Origin: Elusimicrobiaceae bacterium
GTDB taxonomy: Bacteria > Elusimicrobiota > Elusimicrobia > Elusimicrobiales > Elusimicrobiaceae
Length of the DNA stretch: 64,000 nucleotides
Reading direction: 5' to 3'
Assembly (NCBI GenBank): GCA_045612285.1
Contig: JAZKYS010000019.1
Span: 1,447-65,446, forward strand
The translations under genes were made by a program, and so were the position numbers. Position 1 is the first letter of the stretch; the number at the start of each line of letters is the position of its first letter. Positions 56,674 to 64,000 of the stretch are shown one piece after another. The notes under the pieces are model-generated. The model was given only the letters and a program-made list of their open reading frames with translations. It had not been told where the DNA came from and made no database searches.

Positions 56674-56906
56674 AACAGAGCAAAATATTTTTGCGAGGAT
56701 TTTGGAAATAGTTTTAATTAGTTTTTCTTCTAATACCCCTTCCTTTATCCCTCCCCTAATTTTTTGCTAATGCAAAAAAGTCAAGGGAGGGAAATTAAAA
56801 GAGATGAAAAAATGATTTTAGAAATGAGGTATACCCCGAGTGGCTGGCAAGCCCGTGTATCCGAAATTTCTAAAAAATTAAAAATAGCCCAAAAGCCGAA
56901 GCAAAC
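56674..56906 (+). repeat. Rod-like intergenic repeat element, locus R5 (beta-type unit interrupted by the CCCTCCC hairpin module)
   Basis: Box at 56689-56703 and GGCA-loop hairpin (GGCT-GGCA-AGCC) at 56826-56865, with tail ...AGCCCAAAAGCCGAAGCAAA. A 56736-56792 module sits inside the loop of the TTTTTC/GAAAAA hairpin. Confidence 0.7.
56736..56792 (+). repeat. CCCTCCC/GGGAGGG hairpin module (copy 3), nested in R5
   Basis: TCCCTCCCC 56748-56756 pairs with GGGAGGGA 56785-56792. Inner hairpin TTTTTTGC-taat-GCAAAAAA. Confidence 0.6.
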
Positions 56907-56946
56907 CCCTCTTGTAAACATTTACATTTTATAATAAGATATACTT

Positions 56947-58386
56947 ATGAGAATCACTAAAATTTTTATCTTATTTACTTTACTTACTTTACCGCTTTTT
57001 GCCCAAAATAATGCAATTATTGTGGAAGGCCCTTACGGCTCTGAGCAAAGGCAATTATCCTCGCAAGAAGAAGCTAAAAAAATTACCGATTTAAATAGAA
57101 AAATTGAAGAACTTAACAGAGCAGCAAAGGAAGAAAATTATAAATTTATTCAAAAAGAAGCACACAAACTGCTCGCGCAAGATATAAAAGATTCAAGAAT
57201 TGAACGCCTGCTCGCTTTAAGTTATGAAAAACAAAGCGATTGTAAAAACGCACTTTATTATGCCTCTCAAGCAATAGCACGACAACCGGCCGACGCCCAG
57301 GCCTATGCCGTGCGCGCAAGTTGTTATTATAAAAACGGCGATACTTTAAGAGCAACCGAAGATATTGAAACAGCCTTAAAATTAAACCCCAATTATCTTT
57401 TTGCCAAGGATTTAAAAAAATTAATTGATAATTATGATACACAAATTGTAAAGAAAAAATATCAGGCGAAAAATCAAAGAAGATTGCCCTCTTGGTTTTT
57501 ACCTTATTTAATCGGCGTTTTAATACTTATAGGTCTTTTGCTTTTATTACACTTTAAGGCAATGTATTCTTTAAAAGATAGAAAAGGAACGGCCTATCAA
57601 GGTATCAATATCAAAGAAAAGTATAATTTCATCCGCCAAATAGGCGAAGGCGGTATGGGTAAAGTTTACGAGGCCTATGACAATATGTTAAAAAGACGCG
57701 TCGCCGTAAAAAGAATACGCCCGGAACTTTTAAAAAATGATTATATAAGAGAACAATTTTTAGCCGAAGCACGCTTGGTTGCAATGCTAAGGCACCCTTG
57801 TATTGTGGAGATTTATACAGTTATAGAAACTGCAAACAGCCTTTACTTAGTATTTGAATATGTTGACGGACAAACTTTGGAAACACGCCTTGATATTGAT
57901 AATAATTTAACTTTGGAACAGGCAAAAGATATTTTTGCTTCCGTATGTAAAGGGCTTGCTTACGCCCACAGCCAAGATATCGTGCACGGCGATTTAAAAC
58001 CGGGTAATATTATGATTTCAGATAGCGGAATAGCAAAAGTCATGGATTTTGGCGTAGCAAAAAAAGTTGCAGGCGGCTCTAAAAAAGAAGCAAAAAATCT
58101 CGCCGGAACGCCGGCCTATATGTCGCCCGAACAACAACAAGGTGTTATGTCAAAACAATCGGATATTTACTCCCTTGCGGTTTGTTTATACGAAACCCTT
58201 TGCGGGCAAGTGCCGTGGTCTATTGAAGGCTTTGATGTGGAAACAAAAAAAATTGTTCCCCTTTCAAAATTGGTATCTAATATTCCGCCTACCGTTGATG
58301 CTTTGATTGAGAGATGCTTAAAAGAAGACCCTGAAGAAAGAATCCAAAGTGTAGAAGAATTTTGGGAAAGATTATCTAAAGCATAA
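56947..58386 (+). CDS. Hanks-type Ser/Thr protein kinase with N-terminal extracytoplasmic TPR domain
   Basis: Signal peptide, TPR region and TM helix (LPYLIGVLILIGLLLLLHF). Kinase motifs GEGGMGKVY, VAVKRI, HGDLKPGN, DFG and GTPAYMSPE. Confidence 0.85.
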   Translation: MRITKIFILFTLLTLPLFAQNNAIIVEGPYGSEQRQLSSQEEAKKITDLNRKIEELNRAAKEENYKFIQKEAHKLLAQDIKDSRIERLLALSYEKQSDCKNALYYASQAIARQPADAQAYAVRASCYYKNGDTLRATEDIETALKLNPNYLFAKDLKKLIDNYDTQIVKKKYQAKNQRRLPSWFLPYLIGVLILIGLLLLLHFKAMYSLKDRKGTAYQGINIKEKYNFIRQIGEGGMGKVYEAYDNMLKRRVAVKRIRPELLKNDYIREQFLAEARLVAMLRHPCIVEIYTVIETANSLYLVFEYVDGQTLETRLDIDNNLTLEQAKDIFASVCKGLAYAHSQDIVHGDLKPGNIMISDSGIAKVMDFGVAKKVAGGSKKEAKNLAGTPAYMSPEQQQGVMSKQSDIYSLAVCLYETLCGQVPWSIEGFDVETKKIVPLSKLVSNIPPTVDALIERCLKEDPEERIQSVEEFWERLSKA

Positions 58387-58464
58387 AATAGAAATATATT
58401 CTTTTTTTGTGCTAAAAATGGTATCCTTTATTTAGGTATTAGTTGTTTTAATTAAGAAGATTTT

Positions 58465-59403
58465 TTGGGAGATTTTATTGTGCAGAAAACTTATGTATTA
58501 AAAGACAATAAAATTGTGGAAGATACAAATGTAAGCGCAAACGCTTGCGATGTTTTGCTTTTTGTGGACCCTACTTCCGCCGAGCAACAATATTTAATTA
58601 ATGAATTAAAAATTGACGAACACACTCTTGCTTCCGCAATGGACCCGGAAGAATTGCCCCGTGTAGAACAAGAACCAAACCACACCGCTTTGATTTTAAA
58701 TAGACCGCGCAATTATTCCGGCAAGGACCAACTTGTTTTTAAAGTTGCTTCCATGGGTTTATTTTTGTTTAAAGATAAACTTGTTATTGTTATGACGGAA
58801 GATATCCCGCTGTTTATAGGAAAAAGATTTAATAATGTAAGTTCTATACAAGATGTTTTCTTGAAAATTATTTATAATGCTATTGCCCATTATCTTGAGC
58901 ACTTGCGCGTTATCAATATGATTTCAGAAGAGATTGAAAAGAAAATGGCAGAATCTCTTGATAATAAATATTTGCTTAATTTATTTAGTCTTGAAAAAAG
59001 TTTGGTGTATTATATCAGCGCAATTACCGCAAACGGTTTTGCTTTTGAAAAATTAAGAACCTTCTCCACGCGTATTGGTTTTGATGAAGCAAGCAGAGAA
59101 ACTTTAGACGATATTATAGTTGAAAATACCCAATCCCAAAAACAAGCGGAAATTTACTCCGATATTTTAGCAGGCTTAATGGATGCAAGAGCCTCTATCG
59201 TAAATAATAACTTAAACTGGCTTATTAAACGCTTAAACAATATAACAATCGGTATTATGGTGCCGACTTTTGTTGTTAGCGCATTTTCTATGAACGTTAG
59301 AATTCCGCTTGCGCAACACTATTACGCCTTCTGGATAGTTATGGCTCTTGGCCTATTATCTGTGTGGCTAATGATTTCCATTTGGAAATATAAAAAGTGG
59401 TAA
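58465..59403 (+). CDS. CorA-like divalent metal transporter
   Basis: CorA-type cytoplasmic domain and two C-terminal TM helices with an SMN (GMN-like) motif. Start uncertain: TTG 58465 or GTG 58480. Confidence 0.7.
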   Translation: MGDFIVQKTYVLKDNKIVEDTNVSANACDVLLFVDPTSAEQQYLINELKIDEHTLASAMDPEELPRVEQEPNHTALILNRPRNYSGKDQLVFKVASMGLFLFKDKLVIVMTEDIPLFIGKRFNNVSSIQDVFLKIIYNAIAHYLEHLRVINMISEEIEKKMAESLDNKYLLNLFSLEKSLVYYISAITANGFAFEKLRTFSTRIGFDEASRETLDDIIVENTQSQKQAEIYSDILAGLMDARASIVNNNLNWLIKRLNNITIGIMVPTFVVSAFSMNVRIPLAQHYYAFWIVMALGLLSVWLMISIWKYKKW

Positions 59404-59418
59404 AATTTTAGACAAAAC

Positions 59419-59453
59419 AAAACCCCTGCTCATAAAAAGAACAGGGGTTTTTT
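59419..59453. terminator. Bidirectional intrinsic terminator
   Basis: AAAA-CCCCTG-13 nt-CAGGGG-TTTTTT between convergent genes. Confidence 0.75.
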
Positions 59454-59470
59454 ATTGTGAAAAAACTTAA

Positions 59471-60004
59471 TTAAAATTTCTTAAGATAATTAAGTAGTTC
59501 GTCAAATAAGCGCGAAAGCATATCTTGAATATATTGCGAAAAACTTTCCTTCTTTGTCGGGCTTTTTGGCGTTTTACACCAATCAACTTCGGCCTTGGTT
59601 TCGCCGTAATATCTGACGGCTAAATGATTATTTACAAGTTCTTCGGATAAATCATAACCTTGATTTGGGCCAAGAACAACGACATCACAAAGGATGCGAA
59701 AATATTTATCTCTTTTACAATTTTTAAGTAAAACAGTTCCTTTAGATAAAACTTCTTTTGTTAAGGCTTGGGCTTCTTTTGCTTTTTTCTTTTCGCAAGA
59801 GTTTTGGGCCTTCATTTCAGGGGTATCAACGCCGTAAACACGCACGGAAATATCCCTGCAAAAAATATCTTGCGTGCAAGGTAAATTAACTTTAAAAGTA
59901 TCGCCGTCATAAACGGAAACAACTTTGACATTGTCAAAATTTTCCGCAGTTAAAAGCGAAAAGCAAAATAAACAAAGGCAAAACAAAAAATATTTTTTTA
60001 TCAT
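59471..60004 (-). CDS. Secreted thermonuclease (staphylococcal nuclease homologue)
   Basis: Signal peptide plus DGDTFKV and VRVYGVDTPE motifs. Confidence 0.8.
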   Translation of the reverse strand: MIKKYFLFCLCLFCFSLLTAENFDNVKVVSVYDGDTFKVNLPCTQDIFCRDISVRVYGVDTPEMKAQNSCEKKKAKEAQALTKEVLSKGTVLLKNCKRDKYFRILCDVVVLGPNQGYDLSEELVNNHLAVRYYGETKAEVDWCKTPKSPTKKESFSQYIQDMLSRLFDELLNYLKKF

Positions 60005-60007
60005 AAA

Positions 60008-61210
60008 TTAAAGCGTGTATCTTTCGTAAACTTTCAAATCAAAAACTGAAATGATAGACAAAAGATGATCAAAAATATCCGCCTGTATGCCTTCATAAGA
60101 AACCCAATTTGTATCATTGGAAAATGCGTAAACTTCCAAAGGTAAACCTTCTGAAGTCGGCTCAAGTTGGCGCACCATACAAGTAAATTTTTGTGTAATA
60201 TTTTTATTGTGTTTTAAATATTCTTGGCAATAAGCCCTAAAAGTACCGATATTGGTTAAACGCCTTGTATTATAAATATTTTCGCGGTGTTCAACTTTTT
60301 TATTATAATCGGCAAGTTCTTTTTCTTTTCTTGCTAAATAGTCTTTCAAAAGTGAAATACTTTTTAATTTTTCAATTTCTTCCGGTGTTAAAAATCTAAT
60401 TGAGTGAATATCTATATTAATTGCTCTTTTTATTCTTCTTGCGCCCGATTCGCTCATAGCGCGCCAGTTTGTAAAAGAGTGGGAAACAAGGTCATAAGCC
60501 GGAACATTGACAATAGTATTATCCCAATTTTTAACTCTAACGGTGGAAAGCAAAATATCAACAACTTCTCCGTCTGCGCCTTGGCCGGGAATAACTATCC
60601 AATCGCCGACTCTTACCAAGTCATTTAAGGAAAGCTGGAAACCCGAAACAAGACCTAAAATAGAATCTTTAAAAATTAAAAGTAAAATTGCAGATAAAGC
60701 AGTTAAACCGCCGAGCAAATAAACCGGCTCTTTATTAACAATAATAGATACCATTAAAATAACGGAAACAAGCCAACACACAACTTGAATTGCCTGCACA
60801 ATACCTTTAACAGGTATTTTGACGGAGCGGGAATATTTCTCGCCAAACACACTTAAACAGGCTGTTACCAGTAAAGTAAATTTTGCAATTATAATGATGT
60901 TTAAAATTCTTAAAATAAAAGCTGTAAATTTAGGAAATTCTTGACTTAAAAAAATGTCATTTACGCCGACTAAAACACAAAGCCCGATAGCAAAAAATAA
61001 ATGGTCCAAAACTTTATGTTTGATAATTAAACTTACCCAACCTCTGCCGATAATTTGTCTTTTATTTAAAAATTTTTCCGTAAGCCATTGTAAAGTGCGG
61101 GAAATATATTTTAAGACAATAACAATTAATATTATTATCCCAACACCGATAATGTATCTTGTTAGGGCGCTTTCAATAGTTATAAAATTTTTAAAAAATT
61201 CACCTGACAT
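60008..61210 (-). CDS. Mechanosensitive ion channel (MscS family)
   Basis: Multiple TM helices and conserved MscS beta-domain ...NDLVRVGDWIVI...GEVVDILLSTVRVKNWDNTIVNVP. Confidence 0.85.
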   Translation of the reverse strand: MSGEFFKNFITIESALTRYIIGVGIIILIVIVLKYISRTLQWLTEKFLNKRQIIGRGWVSLIIKHKVLDHLFFAIGLCVLVGVNDIFLSQEFPKFTAFILRILNIIIIAKFTLLVTACLSVFGEKYSRSVKIPVKGIVQAIQVVCWLVSVILMVSIIVNKEPVYLLGGLTALSAILLLIFKDSILGLVSGFQLSLNDLVRVGDWIVIPGQGADGEVVDILLSTVRVKNWDNTIVNVPAYDLVSHSFTNWRAMSESGARRIKRAINIDIHSIRFLTPEEIEKLKSISLLKDYLARKEKELADYNKKVEHRENIYNTRRLTNIGTFRAYCQEYLKHNKNITQKFTCMVRQLEPTSEGLPLEVYAFSNDTNWVSYEGIQADIFDHLLSIISVFDLKVYERYTL

Positions 61211-61272
61211 AAACTCTCCTTTTTATGCTATCATATATTATACATTGTATAAATTATGGAGGACTTTTTAAA

Positions 61273-62022
61273 ATGAAAAAAATTATTTTAGGCACCCTTG
61301 CTATCTTTTTAGTGGCGCAAGTTTATGCTTTAAATATTACTGACCCCTTTTATATACCACAAAAAGGCGGTTTTATTTCCGACACCACTGTTTTAAAACA
61401 AAATAGCGGTATGGCTAGAGCCTACGGTATCAGAGAAAGAGTAGATTACGGTATTACCAACGAAATATCTTTGGGCGCAAGCCTTGGCTGGGCCAAAATT
61501 AAAGACGGCGACAGCGGTTTAGAAGACCCTACTATCTACGGAAGATGGAGAGTAGCAGACGAAGCTAAAACTTCTAATGGTATTATTGTTGATTTAAAAG
61601 CCTATATCAGCCCTGAAATTTTTGACTCTCCTTTAAACGGCAAAAAAGGCGTGGCAAAAGGTTCTACCGATTTTGGTATTTCCGCTATGGCCGGTTCAAA
61701 AGAGTTTGTTAAAGATTTTGTATTATGGGCGGAAGCCGGTGTTGATTTAATAGGAAGCACAAAAGCTACAAAATCAAGCAATGTTCTTTTTATCTCCGGT
61801 AATGCTAAATACTATATGGATGATTTAAATTCCTTTGACGGTGGTATTTTCTTAAAGCACTATTCCGCAGGGGATGGGTATACCGGTTATGGTATTAAAC
61901 TTGATTATGTAAGACTCTTACAAGATAATCTTGCGCTTGTTCCTTTCTGGTCAGCGGAATCCCATAGCGATAATGTGCCTTCTACCGTTCAATTCGGTAT
62001 TACTTTAAGATATACTTTCTAG
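61273..62022 (+). CDS. Hypothetical outer-membrane beta-barrel protein
   Basis: Start moved to ATG 61273 (MKKIILGTLAIFLVAQVYA). C-terminal LRYTF. Confidence 0.5.
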   Translation: MKKIILGTLAIFLVAQVYALNITDPFYIPQKGGFISDTTVLKQNSGMARAYGIRERVDYGITNEISLGASLGWAKIKDGDSGLEDPTIYGRWRVADEAKTSNGIIVDLKAYISPEIFDSPLNGKKGVAKGSTDFGISAMAGSKEFVKDFVLWAEAGVDLIGSTKATKSSNVLFISGNAKYYMDDLNSFDGGIFLKHYSAGDGYTGYGIKLDYVRLLQDNLALVPFWSAESHSDNVPSTVQFGITLRYTF

Positions 62023-62044
62023 TTTCTTAAAACAATCAGACAAA

Positions 62045-62079
62045 AGACCTTTGCCAAATAGCGCAAAGGTCTTTTTTTT
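62045..62079 (+). terminator. Intrinsic terminator
   Basis: AGACCTTTGC-8 nt-GCAAAGGTCT followed by T8. Confidence 0.8.
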
Positions 62080-62093
62080 AGTAAAATTAATAT

Positions 62094-63269
62094 ATGAAGA
62101 AATTTTTATTTTTTGTTTTTATTTGTCTTAGTTTTAATCTTAACGGCGCGCAAATTGTGCGCGGGCCTTATATACAAGATACCGAGCCGACAACGGCTGT
62201 TATCCGTTTTTCTACCGATGAGCCATCGCCTGCTTGGATAGAATACGGACCTAAAGATAATTGCTCCCTTATAATGACAAACAGCCCAAAACAAAGAAAC
62301 CACGCTATTAATTTACACGGGCTTATACCCAATACCCAATTTTGTTATAAAGTTTATGTGGAAAATAATAAAGGCACCGGCGTTCAAGCACCGCAAAGCG
62401 GAACTTTTACCACCGCTTACAGCGCAGAAAGAAAAGAATTAAGTTTTCTTGTTTTAGGCAATACCGCAGACCCCAATAATAATGCCGGGCAAATTAAAAA
62501 ACAACTTGCCCAAAGTATGCTTAACCATCAAGCAGATTTATTAATTCACACGGGCAATATCGCAACCGACGGTCTTTTAACTAATGTTTATAAAGATTTT
62601 TTTGAACCTTTTAAAGAAGTTCTTAAAAAAACGCCTTATATTGCTGCGCTTGGCCAAGATGAATATGGCCCCAACAGAACCGAAGCCGAAAGTAAAGGCT
62701 TTTTAAACGCAAATTACCGCGTAATAAACTCTATGCCTTGGAGCAAAGGGACACCCAACTATTATTATTATGACAGCGCAAATGCCAGAATAATCGTGCT
62801 TGATACAAATAATATGTTTGATGCCGTAAATGCTCCTAAACTTGATAAAGACAGCCCGCAATATGCCTGGTTAAAAAATGCTCTTTCTACCGCCGGTTCG
62901 GATAAATGGAAAATCGTTGTTTTACATCACCCTGTTTATTCAAGCGGAGCAAGCGAAGATAGATTAAGCCAGTTGCTTGCCCCTTTGTTTGAAGCATATA
63001 GAGTTAATTTAGTTTTACAAGGCTATCAAGGCGCCTATGAAAGAACAAAACCCATACGCTCCGGTGAAGCAAGCAAAACAGGTCCGACTTATGTTAGTAT
63101 CGGCGGGGCAGGGCGTTCTTTTGAACCTTCATCTTATTCTAATGAGTGGTCCACAAAATATTATGCTACACCGCATTTTGCCCATATTAAAATTGTGGAT
63201 AGAAAACTTTCCCTAAGAATTTATACCCACGAAGATAAAAAAATTGACGCTTTAGATATTTATTTCTAA
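62094..63269 (+). CDS. Purple-acid-phosphatase-like metallophosphoesterase
   Basis: Signal peptide and N-terminal FN3/PAP-N-like domain, with GNTAD, HTGN and [10 protein letters not shown] metallophosphoesterase blocks. Confidence 0.8.
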   Translation: MKKFLFFVFICLSFNLNGAQIVRGPYIQDTEPTTAVIRFSTDEPSPAWIEYGPKDNCSLIMTNSPKQRNHAINLHGLIPNTQFCYKVYVENNKGTGVQAPQSGTFTTAYSAERKELSFLVLGNTADPNNNAGQIKKQLAQSMLNHQADLLIHTGNIATDGLLTNVYKDFFEPFKEVLKKTPYIAALGQDEYGPNRTEAESKGFLNANYRVINSMPWSKGTPNYYYYDSANARIIVLDTNNMFDAVNAPKLDKDSPQYAWLKNALSTAGSDKWKIVVLHHPVYSSGASEDRLSQLLAPLFEAYRVNLVLQGYQGAYERTKPIRSGEASKTGPTYVSIGGAGRSFEPSSYSNEWSTKYYATPHFAHIKIVDRKLSLRIYTHEDKKIDALDIYF

Positions 63270-63277
63270 ACTTTTAT

Positions 63278-63778
63278 ATGATTGATTTAAAAGTTATTCA
63301 AGGGGATATAACCACCTTTAAAACAGATGCTATTGTTAATGCCGCAAATAAAACTTTGCTTGGCGGTGGCGGTGTTGACGGCGCAATACACCGAGCAGCC
63401 GGCCCTGATTTATTAAACGAGTGCCGCACCTTAGGCGGATGCCAAACGGGCGAAGCAAAAATAACCTCTGCCTATAATTTGCCTTGTAAATATGTGATAC
63501 ATACCGTTGGCCCTGTTTGGTCCGGCGGAAAAAATAACGAAGAAGAAAAACTATATAATTGTTATATAAATTCCCTAAAATTAGCAGATTCTTATAATTG
63601 TAAAAGTGTTGCTTTCCCTTGTATTTCTACCGGTGTTTACCGCTTTCCAAAAGATAAAGCCGCAAAAATTGCAACTAGCGCGATAAAAGAAATTTCCCCC
63701 TCTTTAAAAAAGGTAAAGCAAGTTTTATTTGTTTGCTTTAGCGCAGAAGATAAAATTATCTACGATAATCTATTATAA
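63278..63778 (+). CDS. Macro-domain protein (O-acetyl-ADP-ribose deacetylase-like)
   Basis: GDIT...[23 protein letters not shown] and HTVGP motifs. Confidence 0.9.
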   Translation: MIDLKVIQGDITTFKTDAIVNAANKTLLGGGGVDGAIHRAAGPDLLNECRTLGGCQTGEAKITSAYNLPCKYVIHTVGPVWSGGKNNEEEKLYNCYINSLKLADSYNCKSVAFPCISTGVYRFPKDKAAKIATSAIKEISPSLKKVKQVLFVCFSAEDKIIYDNLL

Positions 63779-63781
63779 ATT

Positions 63782-63790
63782 TGTTATACT
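63782..63790 (+). promoter_or_regulatory. Extended -10 promoter element (TGtTATACT) driving leader RNA copy C
   Basis: Same motif and spacing as copies A and B. Begins 4 nt after the macro-domain stop codon. Confidence 0.5.
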
Positions 63791-63795
63791 ATAAG

Positions 63796-64000
63796 TGTAA
63801 GTAGCAATACTTACCTAAAAATTTAATCTGTTTTTGGAACCTTGTTTGTAGAACAAGGAGAACTTTTGAGAAATCAAAAGTGCTATGAGGTCCGAAAGCA
63901 GTCGTATTATAAATATACAGAAAAGTATATTTTATTCTGCCGTCTTTTTAGGCGGCAGATACGGCTGTTTATATTTGGGTTCCCTCATAGCACTCAAATA
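63796..64000 (+). ncRNA. Structured 5' leader RNA, copy C (3' end truncated by window)
   Basis: 5' hairpin 63797-63803/63808-63814 with GCAA loop, invariant 23-mer 63816-63838. Hairpins 63840-63858, 63862-63881, 63909-63935 and 63937-63958. Long-range pair 63880-63890/63983-63993. Confidence 0.7.

Overview
AT-rich bacterial chromosomal segment from a diderm organism. Diderm markers present are LpxB, TolC, TolB-Pal-CpoB, a FadL-type transporter and several beta-barrel OMPs. The gene content and the number of prepilin-type genes remind me of Elusimicrobia such as Elusimicrobium, but this is an inference I cannot verify here. About 63 protein genes are mostly housekeeping: gatCA and a separate gatB, malic enzyme, class I fumarase, murI, dapF/dapL, Rel, lpxB, ndk, murQ-anmK-nagZ, ispH, pfkA, rlmB, smc, clpC, recA and a Xer recombinase. 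There are two tRNAs, Gln-CTG and Ala-GGC. No rRNA, CRISPR array, transposase or prophage was seen. The unusual content is non-coding and clusters around six scattered prepilin-type (type IV pilin/pseudopilin-like) singleton genes. (1) A ~250-275 nt multi-helix 5' leader RNA occurs in three paralogous copies, with extensive compensatory base changes, competing pairings and a possible pseudoknot. Two copies directly precede pilin-like genes and the third is cut by the window end. I do not recognise it as a known RNA class. (2) The other four pilin-like genes have promoters with 11-13 nt poly-A/poly-T tracts in the -35/-10 spacer, which makes them candidate slipped-strand phase-variation switches. 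(3) A family of rod-like, about 150-nt intergenic elements sits at five loci. They have TIR-like ends and an internal hairpin with an invariant GGCA loop and a covarying stem, and there is evidence of nested insertion. (4) A smaller CCCTCCC/GGGAGGG hairpin module occurs at three loci. All functional readings of these elements are hypotheses.
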